A stretch of 63,156 nt of DNA from a virus (taxonomy: Duplodnaviria > Caudoviricetes). The stretch lies in IMG/VR virus record IMGVR_UViG_3300032236_000575, positions 1-63,156 of that record. One strand, 5' to 3'. The position numbers and the translations under genes are program-made. Shown here one piece after another: positions 27,801-36,919 of this stretch; position 1 is the first letter of the stretch, and every line of letters starts with the position of its first letter. The notes under the pieces are model-generated. The model saw only the letters and a list, made by a program, of their open reading frames with translations. It ran no database searches and was not told where the DNA came from.

Positions 27801-29315
27801 ATAGTTGATGTCTTGTCCAACTTCAACGAACTTCGATGGCTCTGCGACTTTTGGTCCGGTCCACTCAAGCGGCTCATCTACGGCTTTTGATGCGACTGAA
27901 CGTATTTCAGATACGCCGCCCTGGCTTCCGCCTTGATCTGTTCCTTCGATTTTCCTGCGGTACTGATCATTAAGATCGGACGCTTTGCCGAGCTTCGTGT
28001 ACTTGCCTTCTTCATCTATCGTCCCAACGTCGATCGTGTTGAAGTTGCTCAGATCGAAGACCGCAAGCTGCTTCGCTTTCTGCGCCTGCGCGATGGTCTT
28101 CTCGTCCGGCGTGCCAACCTTCGACACATCCATGTACATGTTGCCGTCTTCACTACTCAACCAGAGGCCCAGGTGATTACCCGGTTGTGAAAGCAACTCG
28201 TAGTGATCATCGATGTACTTGTCGATGTCTTCCGGCTTGAAGTCCTTCATCGGGATCGGGAACTCAGTGTCCTTACGCGGAGCAAAAGCAAAGCCCTCGT
28301 TAGGCTGCTCACCGGCAAGGTTGATCGTGATGCCTTCGTTCCTGACAGCGGTGTCGTACACGTTCTTGACGTAGGCCGAATTAACCTGCTGTGCAATCTC
28401 ATTCGGCCCAGTGAAGTCCTGGCTTCGCCATGTAAGCATCGGCCCGATCTCGCCGTGCTCGCGAACCTGAATCAGATCCCGATAATCCTGCGGAGAAGCA
28501 TCGTCCTCGTTGAGCTTGGCGATGTCTTCCTTCTGCAAGCCGTCCGGCGCAGGAGGATCAAACCCTTCATCGGCCTGAGCCTGCAACTCGTGCTGCTCAA
28601 GATCCTCGGGGTTATCAATGATCTCGATGTCGCACGAACAGTTGTCATGTATCGGCATCAGTTCGTTCGTCGCGTAGATATCCGACGAAGCGATCTCACA
28701 AAGCTCGCAAGGATTTGAGCTTGTCGGCACGCGCCGGTAAAACTGAACCTTGCTCTTCCGCATCGACGCTTGCGCTTGGCGGACCTTCGCCATTTGAATG
28801 TCAACGCCGACAAGCGAATTGAGCCGCCGTAAACCCTTCTGCACTGCCCTGGCCCTGGTGTCGCCATCAGCAACGGCCTTGGCAGCTACGCGATAAGGTC
28901 TGGCGTACTCTTCGGCCTTTGAGACACCGTCACGATCAAAGATTGAAGGGTCAAGCTTTACCGGCCTCTCGCCGGTCTGCTTTGCAACCTGACCCGAAAT
29001 GTAGTTCGCCACAACAGTTTGAGAAGCCTCAACAATGTTGCTCAGAACCTCGGTGGAACCGCTCTCGACAGCAGAGGCAATCGCCTCGTCCACACCGTCG
29101 TCAGCGTTTACTGTTGCGAGGTACACCGCTGCTGCGCGTGCGCGAGCCTGCCGGATCAGTTCGCGAGAGAACTGCAAAAGGTCAACGCGGTCGCGAACCT
29201 CGCTGCGCTTTTCAAAGAAGCCTTTTTCCTCGATGTCCTCAAGTACGCCGCGCTTTTTGAATGACAGATCGATAGCAGGTGGATCGAAACCTTCAGAGTC
29301 GAAGGGTGATGTCAC
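24849..29315 (-). CDS. Capsid maturation/MuF-like head protein fused to several effector domains (ART-like, zincin metallopeptidase, glycosylase-like, ART-like)
   Basis: Position portal+1; CELC...IHDNCSC; LYRG...SSF...YE; HEFGH...EAVAEAF; WYP...DRWVAR...VQAIPW; VYHGT...FTTD...AYA...EF. Confidence 0.75.
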   Translation of the reverse strand: MTSPFDSEGFDPPAIDLSFKKRGVLEDIEEKGFFEKRSEVRDRVDLLQFSRELIRQARARAAAVYLATVNADDGVDEAIASAVESGSTEVLSNIVEASQTVVANYISGQVAKQTGERPVKLDPSIFDRDGVSKAEEYARPYRVAAKAVADGDTRARAVQKGLRRLNSLVGVDIQMAKVRQAQASMRKSKVQFYRRVPTSSNPCELCEIASSDIYATNELMPIHDNCSCDIEIIDNPEDLEQHELQAQADEGFDPPAPDGLQKEDIAKLNEDDASPQDYRDLIQVREHGEIGPMLTWRSQDFTGPNEIAQQVNSAYVKNVYDTAVRNEGITINLAGEQPNEGFAFAPRKDTEFPIPMKDFKPEDIDKYIDDHYELLSQPGNHLGLWLSSEDGNMYMDVSKVGTPDEKTIAQAQKAKQLAVFDLSNFNTIDVGTIDEEGKYTKLGKASDLNDQYRRKIEGTDQGGSQGGVSEIRSVASKAVDEPLEWTGPKVAEPSKFVEVGQDINYRWTSGDFDETKQAMREGVRDVQLHGYSGLTDKEKAAFVSLSDLHTSTFPEELHLVGKEIAARAIYAKPTEQELYRGIGMTQSDIDELKVGGKLSIPASSFAVVPEDAKSYAIGQSSFGWVSKDYPSGGKPVVLKLESGAKVTSIEGGDYERVGFGTFKIVNIDPLARIDVNGDFVAGPPGPNDRSVTLLTVRQESLQEYVPPAAASGADRKIPEYTIVPGVEMRVGFDPKNYVPPDDSWLKPQPGDIQNYDNPIRTAKQLEARHPKLDVEFPTYWIADTGPATSAARAVDDLLDKYPQANIREVSGTKRLSTSNRYAETDVWQAGLAMDRDMTATEIRLDKDRFADGKTLEKSYQHAIDVGYHPPKDGSDAATTIVTHEFGHGMDATGGYQASQKCLDTLKTVYEKEAEGSATADGFKDWMKSKLSAYSFDDFGALNPTEAVAEAFAHVETDPATANSAEKALYELVVNASKDKAAASKVTKPGWVMSAGVQPSKTVDAQEQSRLDAAKAKQKAADDKEAAKQAKAAAREARAAEKEQKRIAKEKEEEIKAREKARGFGSVEARIKEGTEVKPIYQMNADGTFQMMEIKDEDTGEKSLVKKVDVAATWAQLEKDGYKVLEDNWKAALDASEPWAKELGAKWYPDLTKMCDTFVEKYGEQFQKEWGIPLTRDLAASFIAAWSENNKWAGNLIGVRKWLDGSGSRPYFVPLNSYDYSLRKEYAKKYKELTGSDTGYDFHVDKAMRAMKNPLGGVADLRSNATTAPKPADFAANAAGDYMRGTTDRWVARIMLHTDDKGFAEQMRTYARTVNKVNDPVGYKRMAEVLERVAKERGMDTSSVQAIPWVHVVGPLGSVAYINDLSSYDAIKAETLAEVSKIEAKFAPTAVGTAEAPDKGNLVTVYHGTNAENANKIVTDQSWLPGNGGWFTTDLNRARAYAGDSGSVVSLDVPRSQIKAEPAGNPEFYIPQKSRALRRGTFQLVPGEK

Positions 29316-30889
29316 CTACCGCCACCGGGCTGAGTACCGCCCATAGAAGTGATCGCCTTGGGCGCATTCTGCGAACCACCTAGCTGCTTGGGTTGAGGCT
29401 GCTGGCCGGGAATCGAACCCTGTTGCGCCCCAGGTGAATCGGATCCGACAACGATGCGCTCCTGAACCGTGTTGGGTATCGGTGCCATCGATGCCGCGAG
29501 CAGAGCCTCGTGCGCTCGATCCAGTTCGTCTTGAGCGATCTGATCCGGCGAGTAGCCGAGAATGTTGCGCTGAATCGATCTCCACGATTCACCAGAGTTG
29601 TGCGCCGCCAACGCAGCCTGGTACTTCTCAGCAGTAGTAATGCGGTCAACCGGCTCAAAAGAAACCTCAAGAGCCTCATCATCTTCAATCGTCTTGCCGT
29701 CGAGGCGCACGGCCAACTCCATGCACTGCTCGATGCCCCTCTTCGCTTCCTCAAGACGATCCGAGCAACGGAAGTAATGACCATTGCCAGTCTCGCGAGC
29801 ACCCTCGGCAGACGTGTTCGTGTTGTCCGGCATAAGCATTGGAAGAGGCGTGCGAGTAACGGCAGACAACTGACGGATGTCTTCTTTGTTGGCATTCAAG
29901 ATGCCTTGCAGATCGATCGGTGTGGACTCCCAAAGGTCAAGTCCCTCAGGCAGATTCCACAGCACGCCGGGAGCCGGTGCGAACACCTTCGTGTAATCGA
30001 TCATGTTTCCGTCAGCGTCACGTTCCGGCAGCATGCCACCCGTGATGGCACGCTGCCGGAAAGCCTGCACGGCGGAGATGCACAACCGTTCAAGGATTCC
30101 TGCGTTGATGCGGTTGATGAGGTCGATGTGTGTTTCGAAGTCGCCGTGTCCGCCGGGGTTGTTGTAGACGATGACCGGAATGGGTTGCGTTACACCAAGT
30201 TCAGACGTTCCACCGGGCTGGCCTTCTTGCGTCCACGCGCCTTCTGCGAGGTTGACAAGCCACTTGGACGGGATGATCTTTTGTTCGATCTTTGTGTAGG
30301 TTGGCCGGACGAACTGCTGCCATCCTTGCTTTGTCCACACGATTGCGTAGTCGCGAGCTTCCTCGGCGTTACGCCAAACACGCATGGCCGCATTGGGTTT
30401 CCAATGCTGAAGAGGATCGGTGACAACGATCATGGTTTCCGGTGAGTCAGCAGTGACAACAACACCGTCATCTCCGCGCCACACAGTCAGGTATGACTGC
30501 CCGAAAGTTAAGCCCTGGCGCATCCATGACTTAAACACTGACTGCATGCGGTTCTCGCGCCAGATCTTTTGCGCCGACTTGGCCGGGTCTGATTCGTTGT
30601 CTCCGCCGACAGTGATGCCGTTGGGTACCATGCGATCGACAACGCTGTCAATGATCAGTTGACCCCAGTTGGTGCGTGCGCGGCGTTGGAACATTCTCCA
30701 CGCTTCCGCTGTCTCCCTTGACATTTCGGGCAGCGGGGCATCCCCATCGACGTATGAGCGCAGGGTGAGGACACTCATGCGCCGGGTGTCCATCCTTCTC
30801 GCAAGAACACGCAACCATTCGAATGGCGTTTGCGGAGGGATAGCCACCCCAAGGCTGTCAGTACGCAGAGGGGGAATCGGTGATGTCAT
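29312..30889 (-). CDS. Portal protein
   Basis: ARTNWGQLIIDSVVDRM, QAFRQRAITG, LGYSPDQI; SPP1-like portal after terminase. Confidence 0.9.
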   Translation of the reverse strand: MTSPIPPLRTDSLGVAIPPQTPFEWLRVLARRMDTRRMSVLTLRSYVDGDAPLPEMSRETAEAWRMFQRRARTNWGQLIIDSVVDRMVPNGITVGGDNESDPAKSAQKIWRENRMQSVFKSWMRQGLTFGQSYLTVWRGDDGVVVTADSPETMIVVTDPLQHWKPNAAMRVWRNAEEARDYAIVWTKQGWQQFVRPTYTKIEQKIIPSKWLVNLAEGAWTQEGQPGGTSELGVTQPIPVIVYNNPGGHGDFETHIDLINRINAGILERLCISAVQAFRQRAITGGMLPERDADGNMIDYTKVFAPAPGVLWNLPEGLDLWESTPIDLQGILNANKEDIRQLSAVTRTPLPMLMPDNTNTSAEGARETGNGHYFRCSDRLEEAKRGIEQCMELAVRLDGKTIEDDEALEVSFEPVDRITTAEKYQAALAAHNSGESWRSIQRNILGYSPDQIAQDELDRAHEALLAASMAPIPNTVQERIVVGSDSPGAQQGSIPGQQPQPKQLGGSQNAPKAITSMGGTQPGGGR

Positions 30890-31006
30890 CTACTTGACGT
30901 TGATCGCATTCTGCGGCGGGATCACGAGATCCTGCCCCTTCTTGCATGCCGTCAGGCCGCCGACGAGGGCGATCGAAACGGCAAGCACCGCAACAGTTTT
31001 CTTCAT
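30890..31006 (-). CDS. Small lipoprotein (38 aa)
   Basis: MKKTVAVLAVSIALVGGLTACKKGQDLVIPPQNAINVK; lipobox LTAC; GAGAGG SD; fills the terL-portal gap. Confidence 0.7.
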   Translation of the reverse strand: MKKTVAVLAVSIALVGGLTACKKGQDLVIPPQNAINVK

Positions 31007-31018
31007 TGGAAGTACCTC

Positions 31019-32656
31019 TCAGTAAAGGCGGCGAGGTGCGCCCACTTTGCCTTTCGGGCGTGCGCCCTCGGCAAGGGCATCAAGCCTTGCTTGCCATGAC
31101 AGGTTCGCCGCCATGCATGCGTCGAACTTGTTGAGTAGTTGGCCGTCCTGCTTTTGCAAGATCCACAACGGTTGGCCTTCATCGTCTGTGATCTTTAAGT
31201 CTTTTCGACCGGCGTGGCCGATATGGCGCACAAGTTCCTCGCGCTGAGGACCGACAAACGAAATCTGATGTCCCTCAATGGCTTCCGCAAATGCGCGAAC
31301 CATGTAGGCCGCTGGCCTCTGCCGGTTCGTCCACCACTCCACCACTTGGTCAGGCCACCGTCCGGCCCAACTCGCAACGGCTTCAACCCAGTAGGGAGGA
31401 TCGCAGTACGCTCTCCACACTTCGTAGTCACGCATCAGTTGGGCGAACATCTCATCGACTTCGAAAGCGTCGATTTCCCACTCTTGTGCGTCCTCGGGAC
31501 GCTCCCATAGAGCGACGAGTTGCTGCTTGCCGGTGTCGATCTCGGTGATGACGAGTGCTGTTGCGTCTTTTCTTCTCGCGCCGTCGAACCCGATGGTGAC
31601 GAATGAGCCTTTTTCGATGATGTCATCTCGTACAAGGCTTTTGACGGTGTTCATGTTGTATGCGCCGGACCCTGATTTGCGCCAGCGGTTGAGGTAGACG
31701 CGTTCCCAGTACATGCGGTCGATGCCGATGCGATCGTAATCCCTTGCGATACGGTCGAATTGGCCTAAACCCCATTCACCGATGGGTCCGGTCGCGTCAG
31801 CGATGGCTTCTATTCGCTTTTCGAGTGTGTCGAGATCCCGGTGCTCGTCACCGGCCCATCGGGCGAAGAAGAAGAACGCTTTGTTGTCGAGTTTCCCTTC
31901 AGCGATGGCCTCGGCTTCTGCTCGCACGTCCTCTTCGATGCTGCCCTGACCAAGGTTTCCGGCAGTCGAGGTGTACAAGGCCCACGGCGATTCCATCTGC
32001 CTCTTCGGCAGGTTCTGCAACATCGTTTCGTGAGCATGCTTCTCGCGAGGAAGTACCAGTCGGTGAGGCTCATCGAAGTGCTGGAACGTAGTTCGCGCAC
32101 CATCGCGAGTGTTTGGCGCATTTGAAACAGGAACTGCCATACCATCATTCGTTCCCGATCGACTTAAACGGACAATGCGCTCTTTCGAGCAGTCGAAGAG
32201 TGCCGCATCGGGTGAGTGCTGAATGATGTAAGTGAGAACACCGAAAGCAAGTTCCATAACCTGCTCTTCTGCTGCCGCCATCATCGGGATGTACGGTGCC
32301 GGAACCGGCCTGCCGACAGGCTGTCCGTTTTCGTCCCAGCCGTCGAAGCGCACAGGTGCCTCGGGATGCAATTCGCAGAACGTAACCCAAGCCGCGAACT
32401 CGGTCTTAGCCAACCCTTTTCGCAACTCGACAGCGCAACGCTCATACACTCGGTTCCCCTCAAGGGGATGCCCCTTTGGGTACACCTCGTACATGCGGTA
32501 GATGAACATCCGCTTCTCGTCATCGAGGCGTGCCGGTTGCTCTTGCAAGCTGCCGGGTCCGAAAACGCATCGGTCTTCGATGAAGGCGCACACTTGAGGG
32601 CCGAGAGTGGGATTGAGCGACTTCGCGTCAGGTCGCGGAACAATCAATGTCGCCAT
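31019..32656 (-). CDS. Terminase large subunit
   Basis: PTLGPQVC, RKGLAKTE Walker A, FDEPH Walker B, GFDGARRKDATA nuclease motif. Confidence 0.95.
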   Translation of the reverse strand: MATLIVPRPDAKSLNPTLGPQVCAFIEDRCVFGPGSLQEQPARLDDEKRMFIYRMYEVYPKGHPLEGNRVYERCAVELRKGLAKTEFAAWVTFCELHPEAPVRFDGWDENGQPVGRPVPAPYIPMMAAAEEQVMELAFGVLTYIIQHSPDAALFDCSKERIVRLSRSGTNDGMAVPVSNAPNTRDGARTTFQHFDEPHRLVLPREKHAHETMLQNLPKRQMESPWALYTSTAGNLGQGSIEEDVRAEAEAIAEGKLDNKAFFFFARWAGDEHRDLDTLEKRIEAIADATGPIGEWGLGQFDRIARDYDRIGIDRMYWERVYLNRWRKSGSGAYNMNTVKSLVRDDIIEKGSFVTIGFDGARRKDATALVITEIDTGKQQLVALWERPEDAQEWEIDAFEVDEMFAQLMRDYEVWRAYCDPPYWVEAVASWAGRWPDQVVEWWTNRQRPAAYMVRAFAEAIEGHQISFVGPQREELVRHIGHAGRKDLKITDDEGQPLWILQKQDGQLLNKFDACMAANLSWQARLDALAEGARPKGKVGAPRRLY

Positions 32657-32672
32657 TGGTGGTGTTTAGCGA

Positions 32673-33149
32673 CTATACGACGTACAGGCGCGGATCGGTT
32701 TGCGGCTCAACGGGATTCGTCGCTGCCGGTTGGCCGGAACGCCGCCGACGTTCGCCCTCGTCTTTCGCCTTTTCGGTGTTTTCGATCGTCCATTCCAGAC
32801 GGCGACGATCGAGCGGAGTCAGGCCGTAGTCCTTCTGAGCCAGCCGCACTTCGGCGTGCGACTTGTCAGATGGTTTGTGCCAGAACGCGTCCACGAGGTG
32901 CGCGAGCCGGTACAGGCCATGAATGTCGGACGGGTGATATTCCTGCGCCATCGGTGAAGGCCACAGATCTTCCCACCATGCCACCGTTAACGGGTGCCAG
33001 GGGATGACCTCGCCTTCTTCATCGAGGCGATCTGGTAGCGGCGGGATCTCGACATCGCCTTCTGGTTCAGTGAGAGTCGCACGCGTGCTTGTCTTGTTCG
33101 TTCGCGCTCTAACACTTGCGTGTTTCGGCGCAGGCCCACGTCCAGCCAT
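32673..33149 (-). CDS. Terminase small subunit
   Basis: MAGRGPAPK...WHPLTVAWWEDLW.SP...YGLTPLDRRRLEW. Confidence 0.9.
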   Translation of the reverse strand: MAGRGPAPKHASVRARTNKTSTRATLTEPEGDVEIPPLPDRLDEEGEVIPWHPLTVAWWEDLWPSPMAQEYHPSDIHGLYRLAHLVDAFWHKPSDKSHAEVRLAQKDYGLTPLDRRRLEWTIENTEKAKDEGERRRRSGQPAATNPVEPQTDPRLYVV

Positions 33150-33207
33150 GCCAAACTCCGTTTCGGAAGATCAATCGGCAAAGCCATTGCGGCTCAACCG
33201 AATACGT

Positions 33208-33495
33208 TTAGCGGACCACCTTGCCGTAGCCGCTTCGGTCGGAACCCTTGTCGCCCTCGGACTTCGTGGAGAACTGAGATGCGCCCATCGACATGCCGTA
33301 TCCGCTGCGATCGGAACCCGGCTGCCCGTGCTCAAACAGATCGTCGGCCTGGTCGGCATCCTCGGCCATGTAGCCGCTGTCGTCGCCGCCGACGCAGATG
33401 CCGCCCTGACCCTGCGAGGTCGCACCGACGTACCTGTCCTTGCCGCTGGAGTACATCGAGGTGTCTTCGGTGTTGTCTCCGACAACATTGCTCAT
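33208..33495 (-). CDS. Hypothetical low-complexity protein
   Basis: GAAAGGGA SD; internal GSDRSGYG repeat. Confidence 0.55.
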   Translation of the reverse strand: MSNVVGDNTEDTSMYSSGKDRYVGATSQGQGGICVGGDDSGYMAEDADQADDLFEHGQPGSDRSGYGMSMGASQFSTKSEGDKGSDRSGYGKVVR

Positions 33496-33511
33496 GGTTT
33501 ATCCCTTTCGA

Positions 33512-34015
33512 TTAGGCCCACACGAAACCGCTGCCTGGGCCGCAGTACGGAAGACGCTGAAGTGACGGCGACGTGATCGACACCGTCGATGAAGTGGCGG
33601 GTGCTGCAAAGCCAAACGGCTTCAAAGTTCTTGGCTTACCGGCGTAGACAACGTCGGTGAACTCGACATCCCACACGAGGCCGGTGGTGATGCCGCTCGC
33701 GGTCAACGCGGTGGCAACCGGCGCAGTGTTGGCGAGAAGCTGAATCCCCTCGGTGTCACTGCGGTTAATGGTCACCAGCTTGCCGTTGGTGATTCTTGCT
33801 CTAATCTCAGCTAGCTCAATGCCGGTGTCGAAAGTGCCTGTGCTGGTGGTCAATTGGGGGATGTAGAGGGTGTAGTTGGGTGGCACTCGCGGGTAGAAGT
33901 TCACGAATGCGGTGAAGGTGTTCACGTCCGGCGTGCCGGATGTCTGCGCCGGATCCGGTGCCTCGATGTCTTCCCAATATCCGGTTGCTGTGAAATAGAC
34001 GAGAGTGTTTGTCAT
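33512..34015 (-). CDS. Hypothetical, probably virion-associated protein (paralogue of 34016-34483)
   Basis: Shared LVYFTATG.W, FYPRV, RARI..G.LV, WDVEF..V.YA, PFGFAAP. Confidence 0.7.
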   Translation of the reverse strand: MTNTLVYFTATGYWEDIEAPDPAQTSGTPDVNTFTAFVNFYPRVPPNYTLYIPQLTTSTGTFDTGIELAEIRARITNGKLVTINRSDTEGIQLLANTAPVATALTASGITTGLVWDVEFTDVVYAGKPRTLKPFGFAAPATSSTVSITSPSLQRLPYCGPGSGFVWA

Positions 34016-34483
34016 TTAGCGGCCTTTGTAGGAAAGACGGGACAGTTGCGGCGAACTGATATCGACAGTGGCTGCAGTGCTTGGCGCGGCAAAACCGAAG
34101 GGCGGCAACGCACTTGGCTGATTGGCATAGGTGACGTTGATGAACTCGACATCCCATTTAAGGCCACCGCTGAAGCCGATCGCGGCTAACGCCGCCGACA
34201 CTGCCGAAGTCGATGCGAGCAGAGGCACGCCTGTCGCTGATGTGAAGAACATGTGAGACATCGGGACTAGGTGTCCTCCGCTGATGCGTGCTCTCACTGT
34301 GCTGAGTCGCACTGCGGTGTTGAAGAGGCCCATCGCTGTCTTCAGTTGCAGGACATTGAAAGTCGATGACACTCTTGGGTAGAACAGGACCGTTGCTTCG
34401 TAGCGGCTGTCCCATGTGCCGGTGGCGGTGAAGTAAACGAGTGGGTTGCCTGCCGAGCCGGTGCCGCCGGTTGAGCCAGTCAC
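34016..34483 (-). CDS. Hypothetical, probably virion-associated protein (paralogue of 33512-34015)
   Basis: Same motifs as its neighbour. Confidence 0.7.
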   Translation of the reverse strand: MTGSTGGTGSAGNPLVYFTATGTWDSRYEATVLFYPRVSSTFNVLQLKTAMGLFNTAVRLSTVRARISGGHLVPMSHMFFTSATGVPLLASTSAVSAALAAIGFSGGLKWDVEFINVTYANQPSALPPFGFAAPSTAATVDISSPQLSRLSYKGR

Positions 34484-34656
34484 CTAGCTTTCGGCTTCGG
34501 GTTGAACTTGCTGGTGATGTCATCGATGATGCGCTGCGCCACTCCCCCGGCCTGCGCGGAGATGTGGTCAGTGATGGACGGCATCTGCTTGACCACTTCC
34601 TCGGCAACCCTGGCAGCGATGACGAGTGCGATCCTGTCGAGCAGCTTGCTGAACAT
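34480..34656 (-). CDS. Small hypothetical protein
   Basis: MFSKLLDRIALVIAARVAEEVVKQ; AAGGGAG SD. Confidence 0.65.
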   Translation of the reverse strand: MFSKLLDRIALVIAARVAEEVVKQMPSITDHISAQAGGVAQRIIDDITSKFNPKPKAR

Positions 34657-34789
34657 GTTGTCTCCCTTGATGATTGGCCGATGGCCTGAATGTTGCTGGG
34701 CTGCAATGCCGTTGGCTTCAACGTTCCATCGTGGAACGGTGCCACCGCGAGCGGCCAAAATGCTTCTACCTGCGCGAATGGGGTGCGGC

Positions 34790-34890
34790 CAAATTGGGAG
34801 ACTCGTAGCCATCAGACTTCGCTGCCCTGGCCGTTTGCAGCGTTCGGGGCGGGAGGGCACCCCATACTCCCCCTCGGTATGCGGGGAAAT
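34790..34890. other. Putative cos/genome-end region
   Basis: Non-coding gap between HNH and the pre-terminase genes, with G/C runs; HNH plus this terS type implies cos packaging; exact overhang not determinable. Confidence 0.4.
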
Positions 34891-35326
34891 GCTTGCGACA
34901 TGAACGATCCGGCGATCTACTCTGCGATGTGTATTGCCGTTTGTAGCAAGGCTTTTAGGGTGGTATTGCAAAGGGTTGCAACGCTTTTCGCGATTGCTTG
35001 CGAGGATGGTGACCATCCCGATCGGGCTTGTGAGATGGGCAAGCGGACCCGTTGTTTCGACAATGCGAAACCCAACGTCACGTTGTCTCTTGTTACTGGC
35101 TTGCCCATCCCGAAAGATGATGATGAGCATCGAGGGAGCCTACGCTCTACCTGTACTCAATCTTGTTGCGGCACAACGCTTTTCGGATGGGCATCTATGA
35201 AGGGTTGCGTGGTGATCGAGGTGATCGAGGTGATCGTTATTGCTAACGCTCAGCGTTAGTACTCGACGGCGCATCAACCAATCCTGTTGCAGCACAACAC
35301 TATTCATATGCCATGCTGTGGGATGG

Positions 35327-35746
35327 TCAGCACCTATCGTTGCGGACACTACCTATCTGGCGTTCAACTCTTACGCCGTGGCCTTTGGCGGCATGTCCTT
35401 CGGCACTACTCTTGCGTGCGTGGCACGCTCGACATGCGGCCTGACAGTTGCCCAATCCATACCCAATCTGATTGTCAACTCTATCTAGGTCCGTAGCAAT
35501 TCCTAGGCAGATATTGGGGATGGCTATTTCGCAGCGTCCGCCTGCTCTGCTGAATACCTTCTGGCGCAGGGTCTTTCGAGTCTTGTTGTTTGTTCTGTCC
35601 CACGAGCTTCCGGTGTTTGACCATGCTCGATAGTGGTTTGGGCAGTAGCGTGCTTCGCTGTCATGGATCAGCGCGGAGCATCCCTGTTGATTGCAGATCT
35701 TCGGTGCTCTCGGCACTTTCGCCCTCTTTGTTTTGGACAGACTCAT
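35327..35746 (-). CDS. HNH endonuclease (terminase-associated)
   Basis: PRAPKIC...C...YCPNH...CEIAIPNIC...NCQAACRACHARKS. Confidence 0.85.
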   Translation of the reverse strand: MSLSKTKRAKVPRAPKICNQQGCSALIHDSEARYCPNHYRAWSNTGSSWDRTNNKTRKTLRQKVFSRAGGRCEIAIPNICLGIATDLDRVDNQIGYGLGNCQAACRACHARKSSAEGHAAKGHGVRVERQIGSVRNDRC

Positions 35747-36002
35747 CCAAGGACAAAGCTATCACATGTGAATGTGGATCTTCGGTAGTCGAATGTTGTT
35801 GCTGGTCAACAAGTTTCGAAACCCACTTGTCCCTGACCATCACATAGGACACCGGAGAGAAGTAAGGGTCGCTGTGCGCCAAAGGATCGATGATGATCTT
35901 GGCCTGTATCCAACCGTTGTGGATTGACACCACTTCTCCACGGCACTCGATGCCGTCCCACATGACGATCACATCGTCGCCTGGACTTACATGCGAACCC
36001 AT
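35661..36002 (-). CDS. Hypothetical protein
   Basis: SPGDDVIVMWDGIECRGEV motif seen in small mycobacteriophage proteins near HNH. Confidence 0.6.
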   Translation of the reverse strand: MGSHVSPGDDVIVMWDGIECRGEVVSIHNGWIQAKIIIDPLAHSDPYFSPVSYVMVRDKWVSKLVDQQQHSTTEDPHSHVIALSLDESVQNKEGESAESTEDLQSTGMLRADP

Positions 36003-36646
36003 CTTGCCGTCCACACCTTTCTTTGTCCGTAGTCCCACGCCACCCGGCCCTTCTCGCGGATCTCGCCGTCAGGATGTTTGACGATGGTCGGTACATCCAT
36101 GTGGTCAACGATCGAGGGATGCGAGTACCAGCATTCAACAGAGTTGCTCTGAGAAAAGTATCGTATCGCGTCATCGATCGGCAGCGAGCTATCACGAGTG
36201 ACGAAGTCGAGCATGTTGTGAATCATGTTGCCGCGCATGCAGATTGCGACACCGTGAAGGACCGCTTCGCTGACGATCCATGATGCGTCTTCTGCCCTTG
36301 CTTTGCCGACTGCTTGTGCGACTCGTTCTTGCCAGTGTGGTGGTCTTTTCTGGCCGAGATACAGCGATGCCAGCGATGCCTCGTATGGCAGCGAATCAAA
36401 CGCGGCCTGAGCCTGCTCACGAAAACCATCCTGAACAACAGCGTCATCCTCAAGAACGATCGCCCACTCATTCGGTTCAGTGATCTTCGCCAGCCTCGAC
36501 CACACTCGATGATGATTGACCTGTGGACCGTAGTGCCCTTTGTCCACAGAGCAGCACTCCGCGTGAACCTTACGGATCAGCTTGTCCGCTAGCCTCACCC
36601 TCGAAATGTGCGCCACTACACCTATCTTCACGTTCACTCCACTCAA
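35987..36646 (-). CDS. Glycosyltransferase (GT-A fold)
   Basis: IGVVAH..R, NH.RVW, VLEDDA, SLYLG, PSIVDHMD. Confidence 0.8.
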   Translation of the reverse strand: MSGVNVKIGVVAHISRVRLADKLIRKVHAECCSVDKGHYGPQVNHHRVWSRLAKITEPNEWAIVLEDDAVVQDGFREQAQAAFDSLPYEASLASLYLGQKRPPHWQERVAQAVGKARAEDASWIVSEAVLHGVAICMRGNMIHNMLDFVTRDSSLPIDDAIRYFSQSNSVECWYSHPSIVDHMDVPTIVKHPDGEIREKGRVAWDYGQRKVWTARWVRM

Positions 36647-36739
36647 GTATCAGTTTGTTGTTGCCGACAGCGATTACCATGTACACGTTGTGTTCTTCGA
36701 TGACATCGATGGCCGCAAGGACAAGCTTTTCTTCGATTC

Positions 36740-36919
36740 TCATGTCAATCTCGTTGTTGGTTCTGACCTCGACGCTGCCCAATGCGTAAGGCAATCGAGA
36801 GTGCAAACATGCGCGATGACGCTGTCGCGATCCGACACCGTGATGAACCCGCACGGCAGATCAGAATCAACCCTCTGCCACGAATCGCATCCCTCTCTGT
36901 CGCAGTGATGCGCGATCAT
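36740..36919 (-). CDS. Small Cys-rich hypothetical protein
   Basis: CDREGC...HVCTLDCL; ATGA overlap. Confidence 0.55.
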   Translation of the reverse strand: MIAHHCDREGCDSWQRVDSDLPCGFITVSDRDSVIAHVCTLDCLTHWAASRSEPTTRLT

